Of a stretch of DNA of 64,000 bases, positions 38,296 to 47,268 are shown piece by piece. The translations under genes and the position numbers were made by a program. The notes under the pieces are model-generated. The model was not told the DNA's origin. It made no database searches and worked only from the letters and a program-made list of their open reading frames with translations. The stretch is taken from NCBI GenBank assembly GCA_016195715.1, contig JACPZA010000002.1, positions 43,246 through 107,245 of the forward strand, written 5' to 3'. Each line of letters begins with the position of its first letter. Position 1 is the first letter of the stretch. This stretch comes from Candidatus Daviesbacteria bacterium. GTDB taxonomy: Bacteria; Patescibacteriota; Microgenomatia; Daviesbacterales; UBA10151.

Positions 38296-39162
38296 ATGAC
38301 GTTAGGTAAAAGTCAAGTTAAGGTTTCAAGCAGCCTATTAACCATTAATAAATTTGCCCAACTTTGTCGTACCACTCCACGCACGATCCGCTTCTACGAC
38401 CAGATGGGTTTAATAAAACCAGCTAAAATTGATTCTTGGAATGGATATAGATTTTATGATCCTTTTCAAGCTAAGGAGTTTTTTAAGATTCGTTTAATGC
38501 AAAACTTCCATGTTCCTTTAAATAAAGTCAAAGGTTCTCTAAGAGTTAAATCACCTGAGAACTTTTTAGAGGAACGTATTAAAGAGGCTAAAACTGAAGT
38601 TGAGGAAAAAGAAAAGGAAATAAAGTTCTTAAATAACATTAAAAACTTTCTATTTGCAAAAGATTCAAATAAGTCTTTTAAAAAAGAAATCTTTGGGCCT
38701 TATATTTTACTTTGTGAGTATTTAGAAAAAGGAAGATATGATGAGATCAACTCTCATATTTATAAACTAAGAGACTTAGCAAAAAAGTTAAAAATTGCCC
38801 ATCAAGATAAGCAAATGACATTTTATTGGGATCCAGTTGTTTATAAACCAAAAGACACAAGACTTGAAATTTGTTTAGTATTAAAAGGCAATAAATTTCC
38901 AAAAATTAATCTTCCTAAAGGCTACAATTTTAGAAAATTTCCCAAAATTGAAGCCAAATCTTATTCTTACAAAGGTCCTTTTGATTATATTGCCCTAATT
39001 TATCAAAAAATTCATGAAAAACATGGTTATATATTAAAACCTGAAGAAAGAGGTTGGTTTGACATACATGTTAGCGGACCTTGGAACAAAAAATCTTCAT
39101 ACGATCACGTTACCAAGATTGCATTTAATAACTCAATTTATAAACAATTAGCTAAAGCTTAA
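38296..39162 (+). CDS. MerR-family transcriptional regulator with C-terminal GyrI-like/effector-binding domain (BmrR/TipA-like architecture)
   Basis: MerR HTH LTINKFAQLCRTTPRTIRFYDQMGLIKP...GYRFYD, a coiled-coil linker, and a C-terminal alpha/beta domain of about 150 aa. Confidence 0.7.
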   Translation: MTLGKSQVKVSSSLLTINKFAQLCRTTPRTIRFYDQMGLIKPAKIDSWNGYRFYDPFQAKEFFKIRLMQNFHVPLNKVKGSLRVKSPENFLEERIKEAKTEVEEKEKEIKFLNNIKNFLFAKDSNKSFKKEIFGPYILLCEYLEKGRYDEINSHIYKLRDLAKKLKIAHQDKQMTFYWDPVVYKPKDTRLEICLVLKGNKFPKINLPKGYNFRKFPKIEAKSYSYKGPFDYIALIYQKIHEKHGYILKPEERGWFDIHVSGPWNKKSSYDHVTKIAFNNSIYKQLAKA

Positions 39163-39200
39163 TTCTTGATTCTTAAAGCTTTATTCTATATCCTTACCAC

Positions 39201-40649
39201 ATGGATTCTTTTGTTTTAATAATTTTTGGAATTACTGGGAATTTAGCGCAAATTAAGCTGATTCCAGCGCTTTATGATATTGCAGAAAAAGGATTGTTAC
39301 CTAAAAATACTTCTATTATTGGAATTGCTAGAGGCAAAAAAAATCAACAAGAAATTAAAGATTATTTTAAACAAGTTTTACATCTTGAAAACAGACACCA
39401 CAAACATCCAATTAAAAATCAAGTTTTAGAACAGCTTTACAACAATTTACATTATCTTGATGGTTATTTAGATGATCCAAATTTTTATATTAAATTAAAA
39501 AAATACTTAGATGATCTTTCCAAAGATGGAGTGAATTGCAAGAATAAAATCTATTATTTAGCAACTTATCCTAATTTATATAAAGATATTTTTAAAAATC
39601 TACAAGCAAGTGGTTTAAATAAACAAACTTCTGGTTGGGTTAGGTTAATGATTGAAAAACCTATTGGTGTTGATGAAAAATCTGCCAGAGAACTTAACCA
39701 ACTATTATTAGATTATTACAGCGAAGATCAAATCTTTAGACTAGATCACTATTTAGGCAAAGAAACTTTGCAAAATATTTTGACCTTTAGATTTAGTAAT
39801 GAAATTTTTGAACCATTAATTAGTAAAGATTTTATTGATCACATTCAAATTATTGCAGCTGAAGATTTTGGGATAGGAGCCAGAGGTGGATATTACGACT
39901 CAGTTGGAGCGCTAAAAGATGTTGGACAAAATCATCTTTTACAAATGCTAGCTTTTGCTACCATGGATCCTCCATCTGAATTTAGTAATTTAGCTGTTAC
40001 CAAACAAAGAAATAAAATTTTAGAAAAACTTATCCCCATACCAAAAAAATTAGTTTTAGGTCAATATGAAAATTACAAAAGTAAAGAGAATGTTGATCCC
40101 AACTCAAAAGCTGATACTTTTTTTGCTTTTAAAACTGAAATTGATAATGACAGATTTAAAGGGGTTCCTATTTATATCCGAGGTGGAAAAAAATTAGCTA
40201 AAACTGTTACCGAGATTGCCATTGTTTTTAAAAACCCAGCTAACCGATTATTTAAGCATATGGACAGTGGAGAAGAACCTAATATTTTGTTTTATAGAAT
40301 TCAACCCAATGAAGGGATTGTTTTAAAAATTTTAGTTAAAAAGCCAGGTCACAAAAGTGAACTAGAACCAAATTATATGCAATATTGTTATAAGCAGACT
40401 CCAGATAATCACCCTTTTCCAGATCCATATGAAAGGTTAATTTTTGATGCTATTAAAGGTGATCAAACTTTTTTTAATGATGCAAAGGAAGTTGAAACCG
40501 AATGGCATTTTATTGACCCATTAGCTAAACAAAAAAAGCCACCAATTATTTATAAAGAAGGCAGCTGGGGACCAAAAGAAGCTGATAAGTTAATTGAAGC
40601 AGATGGTAGATCTTGGATTGAGCCTTCAGTAGAGTTTTGTCCTATTTAG
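39201..40649 (+). CDS. zwf: Glucose-6-phosphate 1-dehydrogenase
   Basis: LIIFGITGNLAQIKLIPALYD (NADP site), active site RLDHYLGKE, IQIIAAEDFGI...GGYYD. Confidence 0.95.
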   Translation: MDSFVLIIFGITGNLAQIKLIPALYDIAEKGLLPKNTSIIGIARGKKNQQEIKDYFKQVLHLENRHHKHPIKNQVLEQLYNNLHYLDGYLDDPNFYIKLKKYLDDLSKDGVNCKNKIYYLATYPNLYKDIFKNLQASGLNKQTSGWVRLMIEKPIGVDEKSARELNQLLLDYYSEDQIFRLDHYLGKETLQNILTFRFSNEIFEPLISKDFIDHIQIIAAEDFGIGARGGYYDSVGALKDVGQNHLLQMLAFATMDPPSEFSNLAVTKQRNKILEKLIPIPKKLVLGQYENYKSKENVDPNSKADTFFAFKTEIDNDRFKGVPIYIRGGKKLAKTVTEIAIVFKNPANRLFKHMDSGEEPNILFYRIQPNEGIVLKILVKKPGHKSELEPNYMQYCYKQTPDNHPFPDPYERLIFDAIKGDQTFFNDAKEVETEWHFIDPLAKQKKPPIIYKEGSWGPKEADKLIEADGRSWIEPSVEFCPI

Positions 40650-40694
40650 ATCTGGGGAAAAAGTAATAATAAACTACTGGAATGAATCTCTAAA

Positions 40695-43600
40695 TCATCG
40701 CTTCTTCCCGTATGTAAAAAAATAATAGTATACTACGGGAATAAAAAATAACATTATTGTTCCAGAAAAAGTTAGCCCGGCAATAATAGCACCACCCAAT
40801 CCTTGCCATATTGGATCAGATAAAGTTATGGGAATTAAACCAATAATTGCAGTCATTGAAGTTAAACCAATCGCCTCAAGTCTTGAAGATGCACCATCTG
40901 CAATTGATTCTTGAAAGCTCATCCCAACAGCGTTATTTTTGACAATTTTATCCACTATTAAAATTGAATTTTTAACTACAATTCCAAACAAAGCTAGTAC
41001 TCCAATTAGTGCAGGGAATGAAAGAGGTGTATTAGTTAAAGAGAAAATAATAAATACCCCAGAGATAGAAAGTGGAATAACTAACATCACGATTAAAGCT
41101 CTTCTAAATGAATTAAATTGAATAACCATAGTAATAATAATTAGTAAAAAAGATAAGACCATGGCTTGTAAAATTGAATTAACAGAGTTTTGATTTTCTT
41201 CATTTACTCCACCAGTTTTCCAACTTAAACCTGCTGGTAAATTTAAACTGTCAGCATATTTTTCTAATTGTTTATTCATTGTACTTACCGAAAATCCAGG
41301 TCTAACTGAAGCAGTTACTGAGATAGTTCTTTTGCCATCTTCTCTGGTAATTAAAGTTGGATTGGGTTGCAGTTTTAGTATACCTAGTGAAGAAATTGGG
41401 ATATCGCCAGTTTGTCCTGGGGTACCAGGAATTACTAGCGAGCTAACATTTTCTAAATATTGACTATTTGAACTAACTCGAATGGTAATATCTTTTTTCT
41501 CATTACCATCACTTTCAAATTTAACACTATTTGGACTAAAACCAGAGGCAAACATTCTGAGCCAAAAGCCAACTGTATCAGCAGTCAAATTATTTTGTGA
41601 CATTTTATCTTTATCAGGAACAAAAACTAGTTTCGAAGTTCCTGGTTTAATTGATTTATCAATATTAATTGCTCCGGATTGAGTTTTTAAATAGTTTTGC
41701 AACTTGTCTGCATATTGATCTAAAGTAGCTAAATCATCACCAAATAATTTAATTTGCAAATCTGCTCCAGCTGGTGGTCCGCCTGTCGATTCAATAATTG
41801 ATAGGTTGCCATTTTTATAATCTCTAAATTCCAAGCGTAACTTTTCTCCAATATAAATTGAGGAAAGTTTTCTGAATTTTTTATTTTTTAATTTTAAAGA
41901 AAAAAGGATATTATTAAACCCACCTTCCCCAATTCCACCTTGTGAATTAAAAGATTGACCAATATTAGCGGTAACAAATTCTAGTTCAGGAGTAGTTTTA
42001 AGCTTATCTAAAAGATTCACAGCCTCTTGATTTGATCTATCCAAACTTGTGCCTGATGGTAGCTCTAAAGAAACAAAGATAAAGTCTTGGTCTGATTTAG
42101 GGAAAAATTCATTTTTAACAAACCCCAATGGTAGCAGCAAGTAAGAAAAAACCGAAAAAACTATCACCATAACAATGGTTCTAATTCGAGCTTTTTTAGA
42201 AGATAAAATTCTTTCAATTAAATTTTTATACTTTTTAGATAATGCTTCTAGACTAATTAACCCTTGATCAGAAATTGATCTTAATCTAGTAGCTGATCTT
42301 TCAGTAAAATTACTCTTTTCAAAACGATACTTTAAATCCCTAATGAGTTGTTGTCTTATTAAAAAAGTAATAATTAAAAAAACTAAAAATGCAGCAAGTT
42401 CAATTGGGAAAAGATTATTTTTAGGTAAACTAAATACAAATCCGCCAATTAACAAAGCTCCAACTAATACTGAAACTAAAATCCTAACTCTGTTTGGAAT
42501 ATTGGGTTTAAGTAAAATGATTATAAAAGGTAAGGTTACAAACATGGCTACAAAAAATGAGGCCATTAAAGTAGTGGATACCACAATTGGAATTGGTTTA
42601 ATAAATTCCCCAATAATTCCAGTTGATAAAAGCAGCGGTAAAAATGCCCAAACTGTAGTAATGGTGGTAGTGAAAACGGCTACTAAAAAATCTCGCCAAA
42701 CCAAAAGCCCTGTTTGCAGCGGGGTAAACTTGCCAGTTCTAAAATCAGCAGAGCTGTTATCTCGTTTTACTCGATAATAGCTAGTCATGGCAGAGATTAC
42801 TACAATTGTGTCATCAACTAAAAGCCCCAGCGCTAAAAGTAGAGAAAAAAGCGAAATAAAACTTAGAGAAATACTGGTTAATTTCATCACTACAAAACTA
42901 ATTAAAAAAGTTAGCGGAGCTGAAGAAGATGCCACAATAGCTTGCCTTAGTCCTAAAAAAATCAAAAGAGTAAAAAAGACTAAAATAATCGTTAGAGTAA
43001 AATCTTTAATCAATTCATTAAATTGTTTGTCAATTTCCTCACCAGTATTCCTAACTGTTTGTATCGCAAAAATGCCATGATAGCTTTTTAAGGATTGATC
43101 AGTTAAATTGCGGACATCAGCGACAGCGTCATCAATTTTGGCTGTTGAAGTTTTATAAACATCAAAATTAACCGCCCGCTCAATTTTTTTATTGGGAGAG
43201 GCTAAAATAGATTCCGCCTGATCAGGTTTAGAGCGTTCTATAACTTGGGCAATATCTGATAAAGAAATTGTATTACCATTTAAATTTAATCTTAAGTTCC
43301 TAACATCGTTTACACTAATCACATCTTGGTCAATACTTAGTGTAAAACTAGAAGAGTTGGTTTTAACACTACCAGCCGGAAAAGAACTGATAGCGCTACT
43401 AATTAAAGGGGCTAAACTTTGAGGATTAAGCTTATAACTACTAAAAGTTTCTGGTTTGATGACAATTTGAATTTCTTGTTCATCTAATCCCGTGGTAACG
43501 ACTTTATCAACACTAGGTAATTCCTTAATTTTATCCCGCAAAATCCTAGCATAGCGAGTTAGCGAAGCTAAATCATCTCCACCAGTTAAAGCAAAAGTCC

Positions 43601-44066
43601 AAACCGGTTGATTTGCAAAATCCAGTTTTTGGACATTAGGCAGTTTTGCATCTTTGGGTAAATTACTAACTGAATCTACTGCTGATTTAATATCTGTTCG
43701 GGCTTTTTCTGGATCAACACCTGAATCAAATTGGACAGTCACAATTGAAATTGAATCTCTGGAGATAGAAGTAACTGTTTTAACTCTGGATAAACCAGTT
43801 ATACTGTCTTCAATCGGAATAGTCACTAAGCTTTCCACATCTTTTGGACCAGCACCTGGTAGCACAGTTGAAACTATCACAATAGGTATTTTAATTTCTG
43901 GGTTTAAATTCCTGGGTAAACTTATATAACTAGTGACACCCAAAATTATAATTGCTAAACTCAAAAGGATAACTAGTCTTGGGTTTGAAATGTATTTGGC
44001 AATTAAAGAATTAGCTAATTTAGGATCAAATTTTAACTGCTTTAAGTAAGTTGAGATTTTTTGCAT
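40695..44066 (-). CDS. RND superfamily efflux transporter (AcrB/HAE-like, 12 TM with two large periplasmic loops)
   Basis: 1123 aa. The N-terminus LANSLIAKYISNPRLVILLSLAIIILGVTSYISLPRNLNPEIKIPIVIVST is AcrB-like. The TM/loop topology is duplicated. Confidence 0.9.
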   Translation of the reverse strand: MQKISTYLKQLKFDPKLANSLIAKYISNPRLVILLSLAIIILGVTSYISLPRNLNPEIKIPIVIVSTVLPGAGPKDVESLVTIPIEDSITGLSRVKTVTSISRDSISIVTVQFDSGVDPEKARTDIKSAVDSVSNLPKDAKLPNVQKLDFANQPVWTFALTGGDDLASLTRYARILRDKIKELPSVDKVVTTGLDEQEIQIVIKPETFSSYKLNPQSLAPLISSAISSFPAGSVKTNSSSFTLSIDQDVISVNDVRNLRLNLNGNTISLSDIAQVIERSKPDQAESILASPNKKIERAVNFDVYKTSTAKIDDAVADVRNLTDQSLKSYHGIFAIQTVRNTGEEIDKQFNELIKDFTLTIILVFFTLLIFLGLRQAIVASSSAPLTFLISFVVMKLTSISLSFISLFSLLLALGLLVDDTIVVISAMTSYYRVKRDNSSADFRTGKFTPLQTGLLVWRDFLVAVFTTTITTVWAFLPLLLSTGIIGEFIKPIPIVVSTTLMASFFVAMFVTLPFIIILLKPNIPNRVRILVSVLVGALLIGGFVFSLPKNNLFPIELAAFLVFLIITFLIRQQLIRDLKYRFEKSNFTERSATRLRSISDQGLISLEALSKKYKNLIERILSSKKARIRTIVMVIVFSVFSYLLLPLGFVKNEFFPKSDQDFIFVSLELPSGTSLDRSNQEAVNLLDKLKTTPELEFVTANIGQSFNSQGGIGEGGFNNILFSLKLKNKKFRKLSSIYIGEKLRLEFRDYKNGNLSIIESTGGPPAGADLQIKLFGDDLATLDQYADKLQNYLKTQSGAINIDKSIKPGTSKLVFVPDKDKMSQNNLTADTVGFWLRMFASGFSPNSVKFESDGNEKKDITIRVSSNSQYLENVSSLVIPGTPGQTGDIPISSLGILKLQPNPTLITREDGKRTISVTASVRPGFSVSTMNKQLEKYADSLNLPAGLSWKTGGVNEENQNSVNSILQAMVLSFLLIIITMVIQFNSFRRALIVMLVIPLSISGVFIIFSLTNTPLSFPALIGVLALFGIVVKNSILIVDKIVKNNAVGMSFQESIADGASSRLEAIGLTSMTAIIGLIPITLSDPIWQGLGGAIIAGLTFSGTIMLFFIPVVYYYFFTYGKKR

Positions 44067-44075
44067 ACTAAATTT

Positions 44076-45605
44076 TTATTCATTTGGTTCAACTTTATCT
44101 CCAGCTATAACATTACGATTTAATATGACTTGATCCCCGGATGTTAAACCGGATTTAACTTGCACAAATCGACCAACCACATCTCCAAGTTCGACCTTAT
44201 GACTTTCTGCAGAATCTTTTTTTACTACATATAAATACGCCTCAGTTTGAGATTGAAAAACTGCATCTAGAGGCACAAAAGGAATTGCTGCTGAGGTATC
44301 TGGATAGCCAACTGGTAAATCTACACTAATGTATCCTCCATCAGTCACGTCTGCCTCGTAACCATCTGGGAGATTAAAAATTACTGAATATAACTCTCCA
44401 TCTGTAGCATTGCTGGAAATATAATCTGGATGAAGCTCTAAAGTTTTATCACCTAAATGCAATGTGCTAGTTTCAAGTCGAGAAAGAGTTTTAGCTAAAT
44501 GATCAGGAACGCGAACAACGACTGTAACATGCTGAGTAGTCCCAGAAAAACTTACCAAAGGCGTTCCTGGGTTAACTAGTTGCCCAACCTTAATGTGGAT
44601 TCGATCAACTACTCCATCAAATGGCGCGGCTGGATACATCAGCGCTTCATTAATAAAAGCTAAACTTAGCGAGAGTCTAGCAACTTCTTTGCTTAATTCT
44701 AAACCCTTTTCTTGGACATCAAGCTGCTCTAGGGTAATCTGTCTTTGTAAATCAGACATTAGTGCTGGCGCATTAGTATCAGGAGTGGTGTAATTTAAAT
44801 TATTAACTGTAGTTCTAAGCTGATTGTTAGCAATTTCAAACTGACTCTTCTCTGCTCTTGGACCAATTAAAGCGTTATCATTTATTCCTGCCGAATTAGT
44901 GGCTTCAAGCTGGGTGATTTGAGAATCAAGTGTTCTAATAATACTTTGGTTTAAATCAATAATTGAATTAGTTACTCCAAGTGAATTTGCACCAATTTGT
45001 CTTAACTGATCGTTATTAATATCAGTTTGATTGGCTAAATCAATTTGTTTATTAATTAAATCTTTTTGAGTATTAAAAGTATCATTAATATTGTTAAATT
45101 GTTGCTGGGCAATTTGACGAGAAACTGCTAGGGCATTTCCACCTTGATAATTAGTTGAAAGCAAAACTAGAGAATCGCCTTTTTTAACATTATCACCTTC
45201 TTGAACATAAATATTTTGAACTACCCCAGATACTTGGGCATTAACGGTCACAACTCCAGATTTTTCAACTTGACCTTGCAAATTAATTTTTGGGGCTTCA
45301 CCTATTTTATAAATATCTACTTTTTTGGGAGTTTGAGTTTCATTAACACTTGTTACTTTAGGCTTAAGTAAAAAATTAGAAGCGGCAATTAATAAAAATA
45401 AAATTAATAAAGAGATTATAAAACTAGTGGTTGGTCTTTTTCTTAAAAATTGAGGAACTCTTTTTAAGTTTAGTTTTTGCCAAACTCTAGAAAAAAAGCT
45501 TTTGCCACTTTCAGCATTATTTCTAATACCTCTTGTGATTCGTTGATAAAAAATTTTATTTTTATCTGACTTTAACCCCCCAATAATTTTAGTGGTTTTT
45601 TTCAT
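44076..45605 (-). CDS. Periplasmic adaptor subunit (membrane fusion protein, HlyD/RND MFP family)
   Basis: N-terminal TM. Lipoyl-like hairpin VNAQVSGVVQNIYVQEGDNVKKGDSLVLLS, a long coiled-coil, and a beta-barrel. It sits directly upstream of the RND gene. Confidence 0.75.
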   Translation of the reverse strand: MKKTTKIIGGLKSDKNKIFYQRITRGIRNNAESGKSFFSRVWQKLNLKRVPQFLRKRPTTSFIISLLILFLLIAASNFLLKPKVTSVNETQTPKKVDIYKIGEAPKINLQGQVEKSGVVTVNAQVSGVVQNIYVQEGDNVKKGDSLVLLSTNYQGGNALAVSRQIAQQQFNNINDTFNTQKDLINKQIDLANQTDINNDQLRQIGANSLGVTNSIIDLNQSIIRTLDSQITQLEATNSAGINDNALIGPRAEKSQFEIANNQLRTTVNNLNYTTPDTNAPALMSDLQRQITLEQLDVQEKGLELSKEVARLSLSLAFINEALMYPAAPFDGVVDRIHIKVGQLVNPGTPLVSFSGTTQHVTVVVRVPDHLAKTLSRLETSTLHLGDKTLELHPDYISSNATDGELYSVIFNLPDGYEADVTDGGYISVDLPVGYPDTSAAIPFVPLDAVFQSQTEAYLYVVKKDSAESHKVELGDVVGRFVQVKSGLTSGDQVILNRNVIAGDKVEPNE

Positions 45606-45828
45606 AACTAAAGATTAATTTAAAAAATCAGATTTGGCAGAAAACTTATGTCCCAAAATCTAAGAATTCTCACTTAAAGATATAGAGAATCACGGGATGA
45701 AATTTTTTAATCTGGTAAATTTTATAGGATAGTTAACAATTTGTCAATTAAGACATTTTCACTTGATGTTGACCAAATTTGCTACAATAGAAAAATTCGA
45801 TTTCTTGTTTTGATTATATCAGAGAAGA

Positions 45829-46290
45829 ATGCTAGAATCAGTTGACATGTACAGACCTTTTGCTTTGGGAGCAGTTTTAATTATTTCCTTGATTACCCTA
45901 GGCCTTGTTCTCATTAAAACAAATTCTTCTAAGAGTTTATCTATAGAACCTACAATTACTCTTCCACAAGCTTCGGTAACTGAAGTTATGACACCCAAAC
46001 CAACTAATACTGCTTCTCCTAATTCCCAACAAATGACCATTACTATTCAAGTAACTAAAGATGGACCAACCCAAACTATTGACCTTGGTAAAAATTCTGT
46101 TGGAAAAAAATATATTGTTGGACTGAATACTTACATTTACTTTCATTGCGACAGCGCTGATTTTACTTACGACTCTAATGGGGTTTTGGGATCTGTACCT
46201 AAAGGGATTTATAATTTGCCAAACAATATTTGTTCTCAAATCAAAGCAATTGGTCTTGGGACAGCTACTATTACCTTTAAGAGTTCTTAG
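45829..46290 (+). CDS. Small secreted hypothetical protein
   Basis: Signal anchor AVLIISLITLGLVLI. A candidate extended -10 (TGcTACAAT at 45780..45788) lies upstream. Confidence 0.4.
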   Translation: MLESVDMYRPFALGAVLIISLITLGLVLIKTNSSKSLSIEPTITLPQASVTEVMTPKPTNTASPNSQQMTITIQVTKDGPTQTIDLGKNSVGKKYIVGLNTYIYFHCDSADFTYDSNGVLGSVPKGIYNLPNNICSQIKAIGLGTATITFKSS

Positions 46291-47240
46291 TTCTTCTTTA
46301 CAGAATGTTGACCAAATTGACCACGCATAGCAGAGACAACTTTATTTCTGAAGCCAGATGGAGAATTTTCCTGATCATTGCTTGAGTTTTGTCTAATTTT
46401 AAATGAATCCTCTAAAACTGGACTAGAAATTCCCATCTCTTTAGCTGTTTTTACAGTCCATTCTCCTTCACCAGTTGAAGCTATTACAGGAGAAGTATCT
46501 GATAATTCTGGATCTTCTTTTAGCGCATCTAATAACCATCCCACAAGCCTTGATTCAATTACTGAACGATGATTATAAACTTCAAAAACTTTTTTTAAAT
46601 CAAAATTAAATTCACTATTTTTTAAAATTGCCACCCCTTCAGCAATTGCTTCCATCATTCCATATTCAATTCCGTTATGCACCATTTTGGCAAAATGCCC
46701 AGCACCAACAGGTCCTAAATGAGCAAAAGCTTCTGGTGCAGCAGCTGCAACCACTAGATCTTTAATCTTTTCAAAATCCTCAACTTCTCCACCAATCATC
46801 AAGCATGCGCCAGTTCTTGCACCCTTTGGTCCACCTGAGACCCCAATATCCATAAAATGAATCCCTTTTTGGGTTAGCAGCTCTGCTCGCTTTAGGGTGT
46901 CTTTATAATATGAATTCCCCCCATCAATTATTAAATCACCAGGTTTTAAAATTTCTGAGAGTTTTTTAACAAACTCATCAGTTACATCACCTGCAGTTAA
47001 CATCAACCAGATAATTTTGCCATTTTTGTCATCCTGAGCCGTAGCCGAAGGATCTAGTTTCACTACCAAATCTTCTAAATTTTCTGCTTTAATAGCACCT
47101 GCCTGGACTACTTCTTCTACTGGTTCAGGAGATCTATTAAAAGCCACAACTTCAATCCCTTGCTCAAGTAGATGCAAAACCATATTCTTACCCATCTTAC
47201 CCAGCCCAATATAACCTATCTTCATAGCAAGACTATACAC
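46287..47240 (-). CDS. gnd: 6-phosphogluconate dehydrogenase (decarboxylating), short-form
   Basis: Rossmann motif MKIGYIGLGKMGKNM (the likely true start is at 47225), GGNSYYKDT, HFMDIGVSGGPKGARTGACLMIGG. Confidence 0.9.
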   Translation of the reverse strand: MYSLAMKIGYIGLGKMGKNMVLHLLEQGIEVVAFNRSPEPVEEVVQAGAIKAENLEDLVVKLDPSATAQDDKNGKIIWLMLTAGDVTDEFVKKLSEILKPGDLIIDGGNSYYKDTLKRAELLTQKGIHFMDIGVSGGPKGARTGACLMIGGEVEDFEKIKDLVVAAAAPEAFAHLGPVGAGHFAKMVHNGIEYGMMEAIAEGVAILKNSEFNFDLKKVFEVYNHRSVIESRLVGWLLDALKEDPELSDTSPVIASTGEGEWTVKTAKEMGISSPVLEDSFKIRQNSSNDQENSPSGFRNKVVSAMRGQFGQHSVKKN

Positions 47241-47268
47241 AAAAAATTAGGTGATGTAAATAAAATAA

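Noticed and set aside
45769-45788. TTGACC / TACAAT as a canonical -35/-10 pair upstream of 45829
   Set aside because: The spacer is only 8 nt, so only the extended -10 (TGcTACAAT) is retained as a candidate.
40939-46572. Antisense ORFs inside the RND transporter, MFP, secreted-protein and gnd genes: 40939..41121, 41482..41682, 42343..42777, 42787..43080, 43654..43929, 44593..44793, 45819..46040, 45937..46239, 46378..46572
   Set aside because: All are embedded in long, motif-supported genes. TM-coding regions give long spurious reverse ORFs.
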